From contig CAWJNK010000017.1 in the NCBI GenBank assembly GCA_963844205.1, positions 31,603-95,602 on the forward strand: a stretch of DNA of 64,000 nt. The letters are read 5' to 3'. This DNA is from an uncultured Solirubrobacteraceae bacterium (GTDB lineage Bacteria; Actinomycetota; Thermoleophilia; Solirubrobacterales; Solirubrobacteraceae). Both the position numbers and the translations under genes were made by a program. The number at the start of each line of letters is the position of its first letter. Within the stretch, counting starts at the first letter, position 1. Positions 1 through 8,434 of the stretch are shown one piece after another. The notes under the pieces were generated by a model, which was given only the letters and a program-made list of their open reading frames with translations, was not told the DNA's origin and searched no databases.

Positions 1-105
1 GAGCGCCTCCGCCACGTCGGTCACGACCCGCGAGTAGGCATCGAGCGCCTCGCGGTCGTCGGGAGCCGCGCCCGGAGCCGAAGGACGAGCATCGGTCGTA
101 GTCAC
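1..105 (-). CDS. 5' end of a CDS that continues past the window edge; product unknown
   Basis: A reverse-strand GTG at 103-105 opens a stop-free frame to position 1 (VTTTDARPSAPGAAPDDREALDAYSRVVTDVAEAL) with GC-rich third positions. The DAYSxVV..VAE start recalls N-termini of actinobacterial S1C/HtrA-like proteases, but this is from memory only. Confidence 0.3.
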   Translation of the reverse strand, partial: MTTTDARPSAPGAAPDDREALDAYSRVVTDVAEAL

Positions 106-123
106 TTGCAAAATGCTAGCGAC

Positions 124-177
124 TAAGGGGGTCTGACCCCCTTACTACCGCGAGTAATAAGGGGTCAGACCCCCTTA
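124..177. repeat. two copies of a ~21-nt GC-clamped palindrome (TAAGGGGGTC-T-GACCCCCTTA)
   Basis: 124-144 is a perfect palindrome around a central T. 158-177 is the same sequence with one G fewer. The two copies lie 34 bp apart in the divergent region upstream of cysH. Confidence 0.8.
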
Positions 178-256
178 CGAGGGGTTGGTCGAGGGTTTGG
201 CGCCATCAGCCGATACGAAATGGCGTAACTCGAATCGGATTTAGTACATTTCTGCG

Positions 257-922
257 ATGGCCGTAGCTGCGACCCGTGTGACGCCGGATCTCGAGGGCCT
301 CGACGCGAGCGGGGTACTCGCGTACGTGGTCGATCGCTTCCACCCCCGGCTGACCGTCGCGTGTTCCTTCCAGAAGGAGGCTTCGGTCGTGCTCGACCTG
401 ATGCTGCGCGTCGCCCCCGACGCGCGCATCTTCACGCTCGACACGCACGTCCTCTTCCCGGAGACGTACGAGACCTGGAAGCGCGTCGAGGACCGCTACG
501 GGATCGAGGTCGAGGTCCACCAGGGCCCGAGCCTCGGCCGGCAAGCTGCCACGTCCGGCGACCGCCTGTGGGAGCGGGACCCCGACGAGTGCTGCCGCCT
601 GCGCAAGGTCGACCCGCTGACGGAGGCGCTGGCCGACGTCGACGCGTGGGTCTCCGGCGTCCGCCGCGACCAGTCGCCGACCCGCGCCCGCACGCCCAAG
701 CTGGCCTGGGATCGCAAGCACGAGCGCTGGAAGGCGAACCCGCTCGCGGACTGGACGGAACAGGACGTCTGGCGCTACATCGCCAAGCACGACCTCCCGT
801 ACAACCCGCTGCACGACCGCGGGTACTCGTCGATCGGCTGCACCCACTGCACCAAGCCGGGCGACGCGCGCGAGGGCCGCTGGGCGGGCACGGGCAAGAC
901 CGAGTGTGGGCTGCACGCGTAG
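257..922 (+). CDS. cysH: adenosine/phosphoadenosine 5'-phosphosulfate reductase (Fe-S type CysH)
   Basis: ORF 257..922. It carries the CCRLRKVDPL and SIGCTHCT cysteine motifs and the C-terminal ECGLH signature of the PAPS/APS reductase family. Confidence 0.9.
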   Translation: MAVAATRVTPDLEGLDASGVLAYVVDRFHPRLTVACSFQKEASVVLDLMLRVAPDARIFTLDTHVLFPETYETWKRVEDRYGIEVEVHQGPSLGRQAATSGDRLWERDPDECCRLRKVDPLTEALADVDAWVSGVRRDQSPTRARTPKLAWDRKHERWKANPLADWTEQDVWRYIAKHDLPYNPLHDRGYSSIGCTHCTKPGDAREGRWAGTGKTECGLHA

Positions 923-932
923 CCTCCCTCAC

Positions 933-1880
933 ATGGACGTGCTGACCGCGGTCGACGACGATCGGATCGCGAGTCACCGCAACCGGGACGAGTTCTTCTG
1001 GCTCGACCTCCAGGATCCGGACCACAACGACCTCGCAGCGCTCCAGACGGCGCTCGACCTCCATCCGATGGCGCTCGAGGACACGCGCGAGTTCGGCCAG
1101 CGGCCGAAGGTCGACGTCTACCAGACGTACGTGCTGGCCGTGTTCTTCACCGCGCGAAGCGCCGACGAGCCCGACCGCGTCGTGCACCCGGTCGAGGTCC
1201 ACGTCTACGTGTCGGGCGGCTGGATCCTCACCGTCCACCGGGAGCGGCTGCCACTGCTCCAGCAGCTGCACGAAGAGCTGGAGCCGACCACGACGCACGA
1301 GGAGGACTACCTCGTCTACCGGATCCTCGACGGCTTGACCGACGCGTTCTTCCCCGCGGTCACGACGCTCGAGGATCGGATCGACGCGCTCGAGGCCGAG
1401 GTGCTCGAGCGGCCGCGGCGCGAGCTGCTGGGGCGCGTGTACCGCCTCAAGCAGGAGGTGCACGAGCTCCAGCGCCTGATCGCCGGGCAGCGCGACCAGT
1501 TCCAGACCGTGTCAGACGCGATCCTCCAGCTCGCCGGCCTCAGCCGCGGCACGCGCGAGTACCTGCGCGACGTCGGCGACCACCTCGCGCAGATCGGCGG
1601 CGAGCTGCAGCGCCAGACCGACGACCTGACCGCGCTGACCGGGATCTACTTCAACGCCAGCGCCGAGCGCCTCAACCGCACCGCGACTCGGCTCAGCGTG
1701 GTGGCGACGTTCTTCGTGGTCTGGACGCTGGTCACCGGCTTCTTCGGCCAGAACTTCCGGTGGCTCGTCGACAACGTGGAGTCGCGCACCGACTTCCTCG
1801 TCTTCGGCGTCGGCGCGCTCGTGGTCCCGACGGCGATCCTCGCCGCCCTGCTGTGGCACAAACGGCGCGACTGGTTCTGA
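933..1880 (+). CDS. CorA-family divalent cation transporter (GQN variant of the GMN loop)
   Basis: ORF 906..1880, first ATG at 933 (MDVLTAV). It has a soluble N-domain plus two C-terminal TM helices (VVATFFVVWTLVTGFFGQNF, FLVFGVGALVVPTAILAALLW). The pore-loop signature reads GQN. Confidence 0.85.
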   Translation: MDVLTAVDDDRIASHRNRDEFFWLDLQDPDHNDLAALQTALDLHPMALEDTREFGQRPKVDVYQTYVLAVFFTARSADEPDRVVHPVEVHVYVSGGWILTVHRERLPLLQQLHEELEPTTTHEEDYLVYRILDGLTDAFFPAVTTLEDRIDALEAEVLERPRRELLGRVYRLKQEVHELQRLIAGQRDQFQTVSDAILQLAGLSRGTREYLRDVGDHLAQIGGELQRQTDDLTALTGIYFNASAERLNRTATRLSVVATFFVVWTLVTGFFGQNFRWLVDNVESRTDFLVFGVGALVVPTAILAALLWHKRRDWF

Positions 1881-1902
1881 CCGGCCGATAGGGTCCCGCT
1901 CC

Positions 1903-3150
1903 ATGCCAGTTGACGCCGCCGACGTCGCCCAGATCTCGACCGAGCCGGGCGTGCTCCCCGACGCGATGGCCGCCTGGGTGATCCGCGAGGAGCGCTTCGG
2001 CCAGCCTCGCGACGCCTTTCAGATCGAGGAGATGGAAGTACCGGAGCCCGGCGCCATGGAGGTCGTGGTTCGCGTGATGGCCGCGGGCGTCAACTACAAC
2101 AACGTCTGGGCCGCGCTCGGCGAGCCGGTCTCGGTCTTCCGCTACCACGCCGAGGACCACCACATCGGCGGCTCCGACGCCTCCGGGATCGTGTGGAAGG
2201 TCGGCCCCGGCGTCACGCGCTGGCAGCCCGGCGACGAGGTCGTCATCCACTGCAACCAGGCCTCGTACGAGGATCCGGAGGTCCACGGTCTGGACCCGAT
2301 GGCGGCGCCGTCGCAGCGGATCTGGGGCTACGAGACGACCTGGGGCTCGTTCGCGCAGTTCTGCAAGGTCCAGGCCCAGCAGCTCCTCCCCAAGCCCGCG
2401 GCGCTGACGTGGGAGGAGGCCGCGTCCTACGGGCTCACGTACTTCACGGCCTACCGGATGCTGGTCCGCCAGGTCGAGCTGCAGGCCGGCCACCGCGTGC
2501 TGGTGTGGGGCGCAGCCGGCGGCCTCGGCGTGTTCGCGCTCCAGCTCTGCCGCCTGGCAGGCGCCGACGCGGTCGGCGTCGTCTCCTCCGAGGCCAAGGG
2601 CCGGCTGTGCCTCGAGCTCGGCGCCTGCGACTTCATCGACCGCAACGAGTTCACCGGCATGATGCGGCGCGGCGGCGAGACGCCCGAGGAGGAGAAGGCG
2701 CGCTACAAGGAGTCGCGCCGCTTCTGCAAGGTCGTGGAGGAGAAGCTCGGCGCCGCGCCCGACATCGTGTTCGAGCACGTCGGCAAGGCGACCTTCCCCA
2801 CCTCCGTGCTCGTCCTCAAGCCGTTCGGCAAGGTCGTGATCTGCGCGGGGACCAGCGGCTACGACCTCGACTTCGACGTCCGCTTCCTCTGGATGCGCCA
2901 GAAGCAGATCGTGGGCTCGCACTTCGCCAACGCGTACGAGTGCACCAAGGCGAACGAGCTCATCGAGTCGGGGGCCATCCGTCCCGTACTCTGGAGGACC
3001 ATGAGCTTCGACCAGGTCGCCGAGGCGCACCAGCTGATGAAGAACAACGAGCATCTCGGCAAGATCGCCATCCTCGTCGGAGCCGAGACGGAGGGGCTTG
3101 GCAAGACTGCGGACGGCCCGGGAGCGATCCGGGCGGAGGTGGGAGCCTGA
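1903..3150 (+). CDS. ccr: crotonyl-CoA carboxylase/reductase
   Basis: 415-aa MDR-superfamily protein with the blocks GVNYNNVWAALGEP, GSDASGIVWKVGPGV and IWGYETTWGSFAQFCKVQAQQLLPKP, which are typical of Ccr. A mutase and meaB lie downstream. Confidence 0.88.
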   Translation: MPVDAADVAQISTEPGVLPDAMAAWVIREERFGQPRDAFQIEEMEVPEPGAMEVVVRVMAAGVNYNNVWAALGEPVSVFRYHAEDHHIGGSDASGIVWKVGPGVTRWQPGDEVVIHCNQASYEDPEVHGLDPMAAPSQRIWGYETTWGSFAQFCKVQAQQLLPKPAALTWEEAASYGLTYFTAYRMLVRQVELQAGHRVLVWGAAGGLGVFALQLCRLAGADAVGVVSSEAKGRLCLELGACDFIDRNEFTGMMRRGGETPEEEKARYKESRRFCKVVEEKLGAAPDIVFEHVGKATFPTSVLVLKPFGKVVICAGTSGYDLDFDVRFLWMRQKQIVGSHFANAYECTKANELIESGAIRPVLWRTMSFDQVAEAHQLMKNNEHLGKIAILVGAETEGLGKTADGPGAIRAEVGA

Positions 3151-3470
3151 TGGCCGGTGTCGTGAACATCCCCTGGTACATCACGACGTTCCGCGGCGAC
3201 CAGTTCGAGGCCGCGCTCAGGGAAATCGCGCCGGTCTGCCTGCGCTACGGGGCGACCGACTACGAGGTGATGCGCTCCAACGACGACCGCTATCGCTTCT
3301 GGCAGTTCTCGCACTGGGAGAACAAGGCCGACTTCGAGGCCTACTGGTACGGCCCGGAGTTCAGCGACTGGCGGGCCGACTACACGAGCTGGTACACGGT
3401 CCCGCTCGTCTACACGTGGTTCGACCGCGTGATCGCCGGTGCGCTGACGCCCAACGGCGTGGTCGATTAG
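3150..3470 (+). CDS. small Trp/Tyr-rich hypothetical protein, translationally coupled to ccr
   Basis: The ATG at 3150 overlaps the ccr TGA (TGATG). The product is 106 aa (MAGVVNIPWYITTFRGDQFEAAL...YWYGPEFSDWRADYTSWYTVPLVYTWFD) with GC-rich third positions. I recognised no family by eye. Confidence 0.6.
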   Translation: MAGVVNIPWYITTFRGDQFEAALREIAPVCLRYGATDYEVMRSNDDRYRFWQFSHWENKADFEAYWYGPEFSDWRADYTSWYTVPLVYTWFDRVIAGALTPNGVVD

Positions 3471-3634
3471 GGGTCTGTCCAAGAAGATCCGGCCCGACCG
3501 TGGTGGTCGTGGATCGAGCCGGGCGCCGCACGAACCGAAGGGAATACGAACGTATTTCCGAGGGTTCGGGTGGCGATCCGGCGAAGTGTCCACGGCCGCC
3601 ACGGGCGTGGCGGGGTTCTTGGACAGGCCCTTAG
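3467..3634. repeat. structured intergenic element bounded by ~20-bp inverted repeats, with three internal hairpins
   Basis: The left arm TTAGGGGTCTGTCCAAGAAGA (3467-3487) pairs with GGTTCTTGGACAGGCCCTTAG (3614-3634). Each arm contains the stop codon of one of the convergent flanking genes. The inner hairpins include GAACCGAAGGGAATACG-AA-CGTATTTCCGAGGGTTC and CCGCCACG-GG-CGTGGCGG. Confidence 0.7.
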
Positions 3635-3918
3635 CCCTGCTCGAGCGGGGCCATCGTCAAGCCGGCGTCCTGGAGCTGCTCCCAGTACAGCTCGGCCGTC
3701 TCCTTGACGCCCGACCAGACGATCGCCTGGCCGGTGTTGTGGATGGTGTCGGCGAGCGCGTAGCCGCCGGCGACGCTGATCCCGGGGATCGTCCGCGCCA
3801 GCGTGTGGGCGACGTGGTCGAACGTGTTGTGGTCGTCGTTGAGGACGATCACGCGCCAGTTGTCCTCGAGGCCGCTGCCCGGGTCTCGGACCTTCGGGAC
3901 TTCGACGACCTCAGTCAT
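3631..3918 (-). CDS. clpS: ATP-dependent Clp protease adaptor ClpS
   Basis: 95 aa. The core WRVIVLNDDHNTFDHVAHTLARTIPG...AIVWSG matches the ClpS fold signature. Confidence 0.9.
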   Translation of the reverse strand: MTEVVEVPKVRDPGSGLEDNWRVIVLNDDHNTFDHVAHTLARTIPGISVAGGYALADTIHNTGQAIVWSGVKETAELYWEQLQDAGLTMAPLEQG

Positions 3919-3974
3919 GCTAAGGCGCTCACGCGAGCTTGCGAGTGTGAGTAAGCCGCACTCATTCTCATGGT

Positions 3975-4802
3975 CTACCCACGCTTGCGATGCCAGCGAT
4001 CAAGGCCGAGGAACAGGTGGTCGAGCGGCGCGGCCTGCTCGACGGCGGCGACCTCGTCGGGAGCGCTCGCGGCGACCCGCTCGTGCAGCGCGGCCATGAA
4101 CCCGTCCTGATCATGCGTGGCCGCGAGGTCGGCCTGCCAGCGCAACGACTCACGCACGGCGGCGAGCTGCGCCGGCGGGTCGTCGGCGGTGCCGAAGTGC
4201 GTGAGGGCGAGCGTCGACGGCTCCCAGGCGGCGATCGCGTCGAGCGACCGCTCCCATGCCTCGACGTCGATGTCGGGCGGCGGCGTGGGCGCCAGTGTGA
4301 GGTCATAGGGAGGGATGCGCACGCCGGCCATATCGCCGACGAAGGCGACGCCGCGTTTTTCATTAAAGTAGGCGACGTGGTGGGACGCGTGCCCGGGCGT
4401 GTAGGTGACCTCGAACCCGAGCACGGTCTCGCCGCCGGACAGCACGTTCAGGTTCTGCTCCGGCACCGGCACCACGTCGCCCCAGGTCTCGCGCAGCCCC
4501 TCCTCCCCGCCGTACAGCCGGGCGGCGCTCGCCACCAGTCGCTCGGGGCTGGCGAGGTGCGGCGCGCCGCGCTCGTGGACGTAGACCTCGAGCTCCGGCC
4601 AGCGGCGCACCAGGGCGCCCGCCGCGCCGGCGTGGTCGAAGTGGATGTGCGTCAGGAGCAGGGCCTTCGGCACCTCGCCGCCGAGCGCCTCCAGCAGCGT
4701 GTCCTCGCACGACTGGGGGCCGGGATCGACGAGGATCCCGTCGACCTCGAAGCACGCGATGACCTTCTCCCGGCCGCGGTGGCGGACGTCGATCTGCCGC
4801 AT
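3975..4802 (-). CDS. MBL-fold metallo-hydrolase
   Basis: 275 aa with the HxHxDH motif (LLTHIHFDHAG) and downstream His/Asp ligands (YTPGHASHH, VGD). Confidence 0.85.
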   Translation of the reverse strand: MRQIDVRHRGREKVIACFEVDGILVDPGPQSCEDTLLEALGGEVPKALLLTHIHFDHAGAAGALVRRWPELEVYVHERGAPHLASPERLVASAARLYGGEEGLRETWGDVVPVPEQNLNVLSGGETVLGFEVTYTPGHASHHVAYFNEKRGVAFVGDMAGVRIPPYDLTLAPTPPPDIDVEAWERSLDAIAAWEPSTLALTHFGTADDPPAQLAAVRESLRWQADLAATHDQDGFMAALHERVAASAPDEVAAVEQAAPLDHLFLGLDRWHRKRG

Positions 4803-4834
4803 CGCCCGCGCAGGGTACGGCAGAATCAGCCCGG

Positions 4835-6796
4835 ATGAGTCACCGGCTCCCCGAGCCCGACAAGCCGTGGATGATGCGGACCTACGCGGGCCATTCCACC
4901 GCCCGGCGGTCCAACGAGCTGTACCGGCGCAACCTCGCCAAGGGCCAGACCGGCCTCTCGGTGGCGTTCGACCTGCCGACGCAGACGGGCTACGACGCCG
5001 ACCACGAGCTGGCCCGCGGGGAGGTCGGCAAGGTCGGCGTGCCGATCGCGCACAAGGGCGATATGCACGCCCTCATGGACGGCATTCCGCTCGACCGCAT
5101 GAACACGTCGATGACGATCAACGCGACCGCGGCGTGGCTGCTCGCGCTCTACATGGTCGTCGCGGAGGAGAACGGGATCGCGCCGGAAGCGCTGGCCGGG
5201 ACCACCCAGAACGACATCATCAAGGAGTACCTCTCGCGCGGGACCTACGCGTTCCCGCCCGGCCCGTCGATGCGGCTGATCGCCGACACCGTCGCCTACA
5301 CGGTCGAGCACGTCCCGCGCTGGAACCCGGTCAACATCTGCTCCTACCACCTGCAGGAGGCGGGCGCGACGCCGGTGCAGGAGATCAGTTTCTCCATGGC
5401 AACAGCGATCGCGGTCCTCGACGCCGTCAGCGAGCGCGTCGCGCAGGATCGCATGGGCGCCGTGTTCGGGCGGATCTCGTTCTTCGTCAACGCCGGGGTC
5501 CGGTTCGTCGAGGAGCACGCGAAGCTGCGCGCGATGGCCGAGCTGTGGGACGGGCTCGGCGAGCGCTACGGCGTGCAGGACGAGCGCCACCGCCGCTTCC
5601 GCTACGGCGTCCAGGTCAACTCCCTAGGGCTGACCGAGGCGCAGCCGGAGAACAACGTGCAGCGGATCGTGCTCGAGGCGCTCGCGGTTACGCTCGGCCG
5701 CAACGCACGCGCGCGGGCGATCCAGCTCCCGGCCTGGAACGAGGCGCTCGGCCTGCCGCGGCCGTGGGACCAGCAGTGGTCGCTGCGGATCCAGCAGGTG
5801 CTCGCCTACGAGACCGATCTGCTCGAGTATCCCGACCTCTTCGAGGGCTCCGTCGTGATGGACGGGCTGGTGGCGGAGCTGCTGGCCGGCGCCCGCGAGG
5901 AGATGGCCCGCGTGGAGGAGCAGGGCGGCGCGGTCGAGGCCGTCCCGTACATGAAGGCGTCCCTGGTCGAGTCGCACCGCGAGCGGATCCGGCGGATCGA
6001 GTCCGGCGAGCAGGTGATGGTCGGCGTCAACCGGTTCGAGGAGACCGAGCCGTCGCCGCTGACCGCCGACGGCGGGATCCTCGTGATCGACCCGGCGGTC
6101 GAGGAGGAGGCGCGGACGGCCCTGACGGAATGGCGGGCCTCGCGGGGGGATGTGGCTGCCGCGCTGGACGAGCTGCGGCGGGTGGCGGCGTGCGAGGAGA
6201 ACATCATGCCGGCGACGCTGGCGGCCGCCCGGGCGGGCGCCACGACCGGCGAGTGGGCGGCCGCGTTGCGCGACGCGTTCGGCTCCTACCGGGCGCCGAC
6301 CGGGGTCGGCGAGGCCGCCGCTCCGGCCGCCGGCGAGGAGCTCGCCGAGCTCCGTGAGGAGGTCGCCCGCGTGAGCGAGGCGCTCGGCCGCACGCTGAAG
6401 ATCCTGGTCGGCAAGCCCGGGCTCGACGGCCATTCCAACGGCGCCGAGCAGATCGCGGTCCGGGCGCGGGACGCCGGCATGGACGTCGTCTACGAGGGCA
6501 TCCGCCTCACCCCCGCGCAGATCGCGCGCTCGGCGGTCGACGAGGGCGTCCACGTGATCGGCCTCTCGATCCTCTCCGGCTCCCACCGCGAGCTCATCCC
6601 CGACGTGATCGCGGCGCTCGGCGACGCCGACATTCCCGTGGTGGTCGGCGGCATCATCCCGGAGGCCGACGCCGTGACGCTGCGGGCAGCCGGCGTGGCC
6701 GCCGTCTACACGCCGAAGGACTTCGAGCTCACGCGCATCCTGCGCGACATCGTGAGGATCGTGGCGGAGCGCAACGGCGTCCGCGCGGCGGCGTGA
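4835..6796 (+). CDS. meaA: B12-dependent acyl-CoA mutase, fused catalytic + cobalamin-binding domains; ethylmalonyl-CoA mutase (MeaA/Ecm)-like
   Basis: 653 aa. The N-terminal KPWMMRTYAGHSTARRSNELYRRNL block and TIM-barrel mutase blocks are present, with a C-terminal DxHxxG cobalamin motif (GLDGHSNG). It sits between ccr and meaB. Confidence 0.8.
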   Translation: MSHRLPEPDKPWMMRTYAGHSTARRSNELYRRNLAKGQTGLSVAFDLPTQTGYDADHELARGEVGKVGVPIAHKGDMHALMDGIPLDRMNTSMTINATAAWLLALYMVVAEENGIAPEALAGTTQNDIIKEYLSRGTYAFPPGPSMRLIADTVAYTVEHVPRWNPVNICSYHLQEAGATPVQEISFSMATAIAVLDAVSERVAQDRMGAVFGRISFFVNAGVRFVEEHAKLRAMAELWDGLGERYGVQDERHRRFRYGVQVNSLGLTEAQPENNVQRIVLEALAVTLGRNARARAIQLPAWNEALGLPRPWDQQWSLRIQQVLAYETDLLEYPDLFEGSVVMDGLVAELLAGAREEMARVEEQGGAVEAVPYMKASLVESHRERIRRIESGEQVMVGVNRFEETEPSPLTADGGILVIDPAVEEEARTALTEWRASRGDVAAALDELRRVAACEENIMPATLAAARAGATTGEWAAALRDAFGSYRAPTGVGEAAAPAAGEELAELREEVARVSEALGRTLKILVGKPGLDGHSNGAEQIAVRARDAGMDVVYEGIRLTPAQIARSAVDEGVHVIGLSILSGSHRELIPDVIAALGDADIPVVVGGIIPEADAVTLRAAGVAAVYTPKDFELTRILRDIVRIVAERNGVRAAA

Positions 6797-6856
6797 GGGG
6801 CACGCTACGCTCGGCCGTGTGAGGGCCGATCGAGGCTTCGCGGCACGGTCGGCGCC

Positions 6857-7807
6857 TTGAGACGCGATCGGGGCGCGGAGCTCGGCGCGCGGCTGCGCGA
6901 GCGGGACCTGACCGCCGCGCCGGCCGCCCTCAACCTGCTCGAGAACCGCACGCTCCGCTCCGAGGCCGCGGCGCTCCTGGCCGAGGTGGCGCCGGCGCGG
7001 CTCGGCGGCGAGGCGGGCGCGCACGTGGTCGGCGTCACGGGCCCGCCGGGGGCGGGCAAGTCGACCCTGCTGTCGGCGCTGGCCCGGGCCTGGCGCGCCG
7101 CTGGCCGGACCGTCGCGGTGCTCGCGGTGGACCCCACGTCCAAGCGGTCAGGCGGCTCGCTGCTCGGCGACCGCGTCCGGATCGAGGCCGACCCCGGCGA
7201 CCGCGGGCTGTTCGTCCGCTCGACCGCGGCCGGCGGGCGGCTCGGTGGGCTGGCGCCCGCCACGCGCATCGCCGCCCAGGCGCTCGCGGCGGCGTTCGAC
7301 GTGGTCGTGATCGAGACCGTGGGTGTCGGGCAGTCGGAGACCGAGGTGGCCGAGGCGGCGGACACCGTCGCGGTCGTCGTGCAGCCCGGCTCGGGCGACG
7401 TCCTGCAGTTCCTGAAGGCGGGGATCATGGAGGTCCCGGACGTCCTGGTGGTGACCAAGGCCGACCTCGGCGCCGTGGCGCAGCGGGCGCGCCGCGACCT
7501 GCACGCCGCGCTGCGGTCGCTCGGCGAGCGCGGCGTGCCGGTCGTCGCGGTCTCCTCCATCCCCCCGGTGCAAGGGATCGACGATCTCGTGCGCGCGCTG
7601 GACGAGCACCGGGCGGGGCTCGACCTGCCCGCGACCCGGACGCGCGCCCGGCGTCTCGGTGCGCTGGCGGACTTCGCGGCCGAGCACGGCGAGCGGGGCC
7701 TGCGCGCGCTCGGCGGGCGCCGCGAGGCCCGGGCCTGGCTCGACGAGCAGGACCCGGACCTCGACGAGGCCGCGCTCCTCCGCGCGCTGGAGGCGCGCGC
7801 GACCTAG
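6857..7807 (+). CDS. meaB: methylmalonyl-CoA mutase-associated G-protein chaperone (MeaB/ArgK)
   Basis: P-loop GVTGPPGAGKSTL, then DPTSKRSGGSLLGDRVR, ETVGVGQSE and VVTKADL G-motifs. The TTG start at 6857 comes from the ORF track. Confidence 0.85.
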   Translation: MRRDRGAELGARLRERDLTAAPAALNLLENRTLRSEAAALLAEVAPARLGGEAGAHVVGVTGPPGAGKSTLLSALARAWRAAGRTVAVLAVDPTSKRSGGSLLGDRVRIEADPGDRGLFVRSTAAGGRLGGLAPATRIAAQALAAAFDVVVIETVGVGQSETEVAEAADTVAVVVQPGSGDVLQFLKAGIMEVPDVLVVTKADLGAVAQRARRDLHAALRSLGERGVPVVAVSSIPPVQGIDDLVRALDEHRAGLDLPATRTRARRLGALADFAAEHGERGLRALGGRREARAWLDEQDPDLDEAALLRALEARAT

Positions 7808-8394
7808 AACCGCGCGAGCCAGTCCTTGACGGCGTTGGCGAGCGTGTCGAGGTCGCCGGTGAGGCTGTGGTTGCCGGGGACGGTGACGATCTCGCGGTCG
7901 GGGCCGGCGGGCGGCATGCCGAACGGGTCGCTGCGGCCCTGGACGATGAGGACCGGGATGCGCACGGCCTCGAGCTCGGGCAGGCGTGACTTGTCGGGGC
8001 GGCCGGGCGGGTGGAGCGGGAAGGCGAGGCAGAGGACGCCTCGCGCGTTGGTCTCGTCGACGGTCCGGCAGGCCACGCGCGCGCCCGCCGAGCGGCCGCC
8101 GGTGATCAGCGGGAGGTCGGGGAAGTCGAGCTGCTCGATCGCGGCGATCCAGGCGGCGTCGAGCTGGTGCGCGGGCGCCTGCGAGCGCCGCCCGGCGACG
8201 CTGTAGGGCTGCTCGACGAGCGCGACGGTCGCGCCCGCCTCGTTGGCGGCCTTGGTGGCCTTCACGAGGTCGCGAGCGCCGACGCCGCCGCCGGCGCCGT
8301 GGCCGAGCACGACCGCCAGGCGGGGGTCGTCGACTGGGTGCAGGTGCGCCCGGGCGGGGCCGTGGGGTGTGTCGAGGTCGCGCGTTTCCGTCAC
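7804..8394 (-). CDS. alpha/beta-fold hydrolase (KANL3/Tex30-like)
   Basis: 196 aa with GHGAGGG, a GxSxG elbow (GGRSAGA) and C-terminal VQGRSDPFG / GNHSL. Its stop overlaps the meaB stop (convergent, 4 nt). Confidence 0.7.
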   Translation of the reverse strand: MTETRDLDTPHGPARAHLHPVDDPRLAVVLGHGAGGGVGARDLVKATKAANEAGATVALVEQPYSVAGRRSQAPAHQLDAAWIAAIEQLDFPDLPLITGGRSAGARVACRTVDETNARGVLCLAFPLHPPGRPDKSRLPELEAVRIPVLIVQGRSDPFGMPPAGPDREIVTVPGNHSLTGDLDTLANAVKDWLARF

Positions 8395-8434
8395 GCGGCG
8401 GAGGATTTCATGCCGTGCGCGTAGCGGGTCCGGC

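Noticed and set aside
4645-6357. 570-aa plus-strand ORF out of frame with the mutase gene, together with similar long alternative-frame ORFs (8440-10215, 42900-44795, 49438-51387, 12842-14653, 35414-37261 and others)
   Set aside because: All are Arg/Pro/Gly/Ala-dominated, lack motifs, and overlap confidently recognised genes in another frame or strand.
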